Source: Candidatus Enterousia sp. (GTDB lineage: Bacteria > Pseudomonadota > Alphaproteobacteria > Rs-D84). Taken from it: 64,000 nucleotides of DNA. The translations under genes were made by a program, and so were the position numbers. The stretch covers positions 81,714 to 145,713 of the forward strand of contig JAZRMF010000001.1 in NCBI GenBank assembly GCA_045647355.1. The letters are read 5' to 3'. Positions 59,893-64,000 of the stretch are shown here, piece by piece. The notes below the pieces were generated by a model that worked only from the letters and a program-made list of their open reading frames with translations, had not been told where the DNA came from and made no database searches. Numbering within the stretch: position 1 is the first letter of the stretch; every line of letters starts with the position of its first letter.

Positions 59893-60558
59893 ATGGATGT
59901 AAAAATAGAAGAATCTTGGAAGAGGGTATTGGCCGATGAGTTTGATAAAGATTATTTTATCAAATTAACCGACTTTGTGCGCGGTGAATATCTGGCAGGG
60001 AAACAGATTTATCCTGCGGCAAAAAATATTTTTAACGCATTCAATTTGTGTCCATTTGATAAAGTTCGTGTTGTAATTATTGGGCAAGACCCATATCATG
60101 AACCCGGCCAGGCGCATGGATTGTGCTTTTCGGTGCCAAATGGTATTACACCGCCACCGTCATTAGTAAATATATATAAAGAAATTGCAGATGATACGGG
60201 GCGCCCAAGTACAACCAATGGCGATTTGACATCTTGGGCGCAACAGGGGGTATTACTGTTGAATTCGACATTAACGGTTGCGGCGCATTTGGCGGCATCG
60301 CATGCGGGCAGGGGATGGGAACAATTTACCGATGCGGTAATTCGGGCAATCGCGACCGGACGCAGTGGTGTGGTATATATGCTGTGGGGTTCATATGCCC
60401 AGAAAAAGGCCGAGTTTGTCGATAGTAATAAAAACCTGGTGTTAAAAAGTGTGCACCCATCACCACTTTCTGCATACAGGGGATTCTTTGGTTGTAAACA
60501 TTTTTCACGCGCCAATGAATACTTGGTCGCCCATGGGCAAGAGCCGATTGAGTGGTAA
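59893..60558 (+). CDS. ung: Uracil-DNA glycosylase (family 1)
   Basis: VVIIGQDPYH, GLCFSV, PPSLVNI, GVLLLN and HPSPLSAYRGF. Confidence 0.97.
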   Translation: MDVKIEESWKRVLADEFDKDYFIKLTDFVRGEYLAGKQIYPAAKNIFNAFNLCPFDKVRVVIIGQDPYHEPGQAHGLCFSVPNGITPPPSLVNIYKEIADDTGRPSTTNGDLTSWAQQGVLLLNSTLTVAAHLAASHAGRGWEQFTDAVIRAIATGRSGVVYMLWGSYAQKKAEFVDSNKNLVLKSVHPSPLSAYRGFFGCKHFSRANEYLVAHGQEPIEW

Positions 60559-60559
60559 A

Positions 60560-61123
60560 TTAAAAATTATACGTTACCCCCAGGCCGTAAAATGCATAGG
60601 AATAATTTTCGGGTGCGGTGTTCGCATTGGAAAAGTGCTGCATAAACATTTCTAGACCCCATTTATGGTTTATGTGCCACCCAGCCGTTAGTTTAAATTG
60701 AAATAATAATTTTGCGCCCAGTCGTTCGTTTTCTTGGGCCTGGAGACCGACACCAACACCGCCTGCAAAATAAAAATCTTTATAACACCCCAGTAATACA
60801 TCACCAGATAACAATGCCATCGGTATTGTATAATCGCCCCATCGCCATCCATATTTGTTACCAAAACCAACCGTTTGAGCAATATTTAAAGACTGTCGCG
60901 CCGACACACCGAAAAATGTTGTCGGTTGCGAATATTGAATATGGAACATGTAAAACGGAACAATCTGGGTTGGTGGTGGTACAATAAAACCGCTGTTTAC
61001 ACCCTGGCCCAGGTTAAATGTAATCTGATTTTTGTAATATCCGGTAATTGGATTATATTTCGTATCCGCCATTGCCGGTAACGAAAAAGCGCATAGTAAA
61101 ATTGCAAAGATTTTTTTGGACAT
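60560..61123 (-). CDS. pagL: Acyloxyacyl hydrolase / lipid A 3-O-deacylase PagL family
   Basis: Signal peptide, beta-barrel pattern, QHFSNAN (HxSNA) and terminal YNF. Confidence 0.75.
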   Translation of the reverse strand: MSKKIFAILLCAFSLPAMADTKYNPITGYYKNQITFNLGQGVNSGFIVPPPTQIVPFYMFHIQYSQPTTFFGVSARQSLNIAQTVGFGNKYGWRWGDYTIPMALLSGDVLLGCYKDFYFAGGVGVGLQAQENERLGAKLLFQFKLTAGWHINHKWGLEMFMQHFSNANTAPENYSYAFYGLGVTYNF

Positions 61124-61279
61124 GGGTATATTATACACTATTTTTGTTAAAATTCTAAATAGGATATAAAAAAATATTTTATAAAAGAAATCGGATAAAA
61201 ATCATAGTGTTTCTATTTTGTTATGGAAATCCTTGCATTTGGAAAAATGTTTGTTATAATGATGCGGTCATTTTGATAT

Positions 61280-61354
61280 GGCGGCGTAGCTCAGTGGTAG
61301 AGCAGAGGAATCATAATCCTTTGGTCAGGGGTCCGAATCCCTTCGCCGCTACCA
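61280..61354 (+). tRNA. tRNA-Met(CAT), elongator
   Basis: GGCGGCGTAGCTCAG...GAGGAATCATAATCCTT...ACCA; alphaproteobacterial elongator-type anticodon arm; T-loop reads TCCGAAT. Confidence 0.88.
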
Positions 61355-61360
61355 AAAATT

Positions 61361-61384
61361 AAGTCGGGCGTGGGCCCGATTTTG
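61361..61384 (+). terminator. Terminator after tRNA-Met
   Basis: AAGTCGGGC-GTGG-GCCCGATTTT. Confidence 0.7.
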
Positions 61385-61506
61385 TTTTTGGTATAGTCGC
61401 GAAAGATGAGGCCGTCTGACCGACACCAACGGTGCAAATCGCATTTCGGTGGGGTAGGGGACTAAAATATTTCTTGACAATTTATATTTTTGGTCTATAT
61501 TTTAGT

Positions 61507-62373
61507 ATGCAAATTAACAAAAAGGATTTTATGATGAGCAAAAAACAAATAAGAAAAATTTTCTCACATCCGATCGCCACACATATATATGCAGTGGGTT
61601 TTGGAATGTTGTTTTCGTGGCTGTTGGTAAATAATGCAAAACAAAATCGTATGGAAGAACGTGAAGATAATGCATTGCATACATTTCATACAGAATATGT
61701 TGACCCGGCAACAGGGGATTTGGTGACCGCGGAAACATTTAATCCGGCAATGTTTAACCGCGCATATTTTGATCCGGCATCCATTCCAGAAATTAATTGG
61801 GTAAATTATACCAATCAACATATTGGCGAGGTTTTCGGTGAAATTGTTGCCAAAGAAATGGCATTGGGGATTGATTCTGTGAACCATCGTTTAACAACAC
61901 CGGGTAAAAAATACGGTTTGGATTATAACTATTGTACCAAGGCCGCAACAACCGCTGTTCGTGACGCGATGATCCGTTGCCAAATGATAAAACGCGGTAA
62001 GATAGACTTGTTTGATAAAGCCGAAGGTTCTCATGAAGCCATGTATAATGGTGATTCTTTTGTAAATTATTTCAAGGGACAATATGGCAATGTGCCGGGT
62101 GCGATTATAGAAAATCCAACGATAGATGCATTTGCAAATATGGGCAAGGGTGCGATTGTACGATTCCCAGGGCATACCAAAATGTTCATCGGTATCGGAT
62201 TTATTGATGATTCGGGTTGTGTGTTTGCGCCCGACCCGCACGGTTTCCCTGTTATCGCATCAGGCTATAATGATAGATTTACATACTATACATGTGATGA
62301 AAATTGTATGGTTGTCGATTTATCAAAAATCGTTTACTTTAAATTGGAAGAACGTGGACGTAATAGCAGATAA
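61507..62373 (+). CDS. Membrane-anchored protein with possible CHAP/NlpC-like Cys-His dyad
   Basis: N-terminal TM; NYCTKAA and GAIVRFPGHTKMFIG; TTGACA promoter at 61474. Confidence 0.6.
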   Translation: MQINKKDFMMSKKQIRKIFSHPIATHIYAVGFGMLFSWLLVNNAKQNRMEEREDNALHTFHTEYVDPATGDLVTAETFNPAMFNRAYFDPASIPEINWVNYTNQHIGEVFGEIVAKEMALGIDSVNHRLTTPGKKYGLDYNYCTKAATTAVRDAMIRCQMIKRGKIDLFDKAEGSHEAMYNGDSFVNYFKGQYGNVPGAIIENPTIDAFANMGKGAIVRFPGHTKMFIGIGFIDDSGCVFAPDPHGFPVIASGYNDRFTYYTCDENCMVVDLSKIVYFKLEERGRNSR

Positions 62374-62377
62374 AAAT

Positions 62378-62407
62378 AAAAAAGACCCAGATATGGGTCT
62401 TTTTTTT
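62378..62407. terminator. Bidirectional terminator
   Basis: AAAAAAGACCCA-GATA-TGGGTCTTTTTT. Confidence 0.85.
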
Positions 62408-62424
62408 GTAAAGGTTTATTTACT

Positions 62425-63999
62425 TTATGCACCGTATGCGGCGGTTTTTTCTATCACCGCTTCGCGAACTTGCGCGATTTCTTCTTCGGTGAATTTTTCT
62501 TGACGCATTTGTTCTTCTAATGCTTCAATGCCAGCCTCGAATGCTTTCTTCGACATTTTAAGACCTTTAATTGCCGCTTTATATTTCGCAGCTCTGTCTT
62601 TACGTTCTCCTTTGAGTTCAGCAATTTTGTTTTTAAATTCCTCTAATTCAACATCTGCTTTTGATGGGAACAAGAATCGTCTGATACGATCACGTAAACT
62701 GGTTGCATGTTCCTCTGCGGATTCGTCTTTTATATGCCGAGTAGTGCGGGCGCCTTCTGCACGCGTTGTTTCTATATTTACTTCGCTTTTTGCGTGTTCT
62801 TCGGCTGCAGTATCCTGAACGCCTTGAACATCGCGATCACTTTCGGCATCTACTTTTCGAACCTGACCACGGCCTGTGGCATGTATTACGTCTTGTTGTA
62901 CTCCGCTTTGTGCGTGTTCTTCGGCTGCAGTATCCTGAACGCCTTGAACATCGCGATCACTTTCGGCATCTATTTTTCGAACCTGACCACGGCCTGTGGC
63001 ATGTATCACGTCTTGTTGTACTTCGCTTTGTGCGTGTTCTTCGGCCCCGGTATCTCTAATTTCCTGTGTTTTCACCGCACGTTTTGCATCTCCAAGTTCC
63101 ATTATGTCTTTGGCGCGTTGCAAATCTTCTAATGCACTCAAGAGGGTCTTGGGGTCGCCATTTCCTTCGAATATCATTTTTTTTGCCAGTGCTATCAAAT
63201 TATCAGCCTCGGCTATTGCGTTGCGTCGTGCGGCTTCGTTACGAAGATCTTGTTCAGCCAAATCAGTTTCTACGTCCAGGAGTCTATTGCCACGCTGTCT
63301 TTGAGCATTTTCATCCGTGCTTGCCAAGGCTTGTGCGGCTTTCAGAAGCGATTGTGCAAGACTCGCCATATCTACATCTTTCAGTTTTCCGTGAACCCCC
63401 AAGGCGTGATCCACAGCAGACATGGCTCTTTCTTCCGCAGCCTTTTGGGCTGCTAATCTGCGCGCTTCTTCTGCAGCTTGTTCGGCTGCCTTGCGTTCAT
63501 TTTCACTTTGCATGTGTTCGTCTTTCATTTTGTTTACTCCTTTTTGTATTTTTTGTAATCCGTGGTACACGCTGCGCATTATTTTATATGTAAAGTCTTT
63601 ACATCTACCGAAAAATCCACGCCTCTTTTTGGCTTGTGGTCTGGAATTCCCCGCGCCATCACGGCCTGTATCATTAGTATGAGGTCTGTCATCGTCGTCG
63701 TGTGGTCTGTCATCATCGTTGTGTGGTCTGTCGTCATCGTCATGTGGTCTGTCATCATCGTCATGCGGTTTGTCGTCACCACGTTGATCATCATTATTTT
63801 CATCATTACGTGAGATTAATCCTCTGGCACGATCAGCCAACGCGCCAAGGCGTTTACGCATCCGTTTAAAGAGTCCGCCAGATTCCCGTTCTTGACGTGG
63901 TTCATAAATACCAAACGTTCCGACCCCATACGGTGGTGTTTCGCCATATGGTGCACCTACAACACCGCCTACGACGGATGCACCTATAACACTAACCGC
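62425..63999 (-). CDS. Large repetitive coiled-coil protein, 5' end beyond the window
   Basis: Frame stays open upstream of ATG 63861 to the window edge (AVSVIGASVVGG...); contains HDDDDRP and 40-aa repeats. Confidence 0.8.
   Translation of the reverse strand, partial: AVSVIGASVVGGVVGAPYGETPPYGVGTFGIYEPRQERESGGLFKRMRKRLGALADRARGLISRNDENNDDQRGDDKPHDDDDRPHDDDDRPHNDDDRPHDDDDRPHTNDTGRDGAGNSRPQAKKRRGFFGRCKDFTYKIMRSVYHGLQKIQKGVNKMKDEHMQSENERKAAEQAAEEARRLAAQKAAEERAMSAVDHALGVHGKLKDVDMASLAQSLLKAAQALASTDENAQRQRGNRLLDVETDLAEQDLRNEAARRNAIAEADNLIALAKKMIFEGNGDPKTLLSALEDLQRAKDIMELGDAKRAVKTQEIRDTGAEEHAQSEVQQDVIHATGRGQVRKIDAESDRDVQGVQDTAAEEHAQSGVQQDVIHATGRGQVRKVDAESDRDVQGVQDTAAEEHAKSEVNIETTRAEGARTTRHIKDESAEEHATSLRDRIRRFLFPSKADVELEEFKNKIAELKGERKDRAAKYKAAIKGLKMSKKAFEAGIEALEEQMRQEKFTEEEIAQVREAVIEKTAAYGA
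62779..63045 (-). repeat. 120-bp intragenic tandem repeat (about 2.2 copies)
   Basis: 62779-62898 recurs with period 120; encodes AEEHAQS.VQQDVIHATGRGQVRK.DAESDRDVQGVQDT. Confidence 0.9.
63680..63777 (-). repeat. 21-bp intragenic tandem repeat (about 4.7 copies)
   Basis: tgtggtctgtcatcatcgtca units encoding HDDDDRP. Confidence 0.9.
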
Positions 64000-64000
64000 G

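Noticed and set aside
62779-63777. CRISPR array
   Set aside because: The repeats are contiguous, in-frame multiples of 3 within a CDS, with no unique spacers or cas genes.

Overview
AT-rich bacterial chromosome segment read in standard code 11. Several features point to a small-genome alphaproteobacterium: an alpha-type elongator tRNA-Met, an initiator tRNA with A29:U41, DUF374-lpxK-lpxC, and virB3-virB4. An uncultured gut lineage such as Rs-D84/'Ca. Enterousia' is my inference only. Most of the window is housekeeping: accB, yidD, rnpA, mreB, nth, ileS, mnmG, fabG, fabD, queH, metG, pheST, rplT, rpmI, mreCD-mrdA-rodA-topA-dnaG, ychF, a type-B L36 gene missed by the ORF track, lrgAB, lpxK, lpxC, gyrB, ung, pagL and four tRNAs. 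Many orphan genes are interspersed. Main observations not explained by the ORF track: (1) tiny cognate-codon leader peptides followed by terminator/antiterminator hairpins upstream of ileS (MKTKEIIIIR) and metG (MRMQN), i.e. candidate ribosome-mediated attenuation of aminoacyl-tRNA synthetase genes; (2) a candidate oriC at about 33.1-33.4 kb with repeated TGTTGAAAA boxes and a CtrA-like box; (3) a decayed island at tRNA-fMet with a duplicated tRNA 3' end carrying a structured T-loop insertion, two large-serine-recombinase C-terminal remnants, an ASCH pseudogene and AT-rich cargo; (4) three tandem DUF3419/BtaA-like SAM-dependent paralogs; (5) a chromosomal type IVb pilus pilOPQR-like block and an orphan virB3-virB4; (6) a gyrB-JAB-HhH glycosylase-ung cluster; (7) a TTAGTG(G) repeat/palindrome element present at two loci. 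No CRISPR array or rRNA was seen. All family assignments come from motif recognition by eye; no searches were run.
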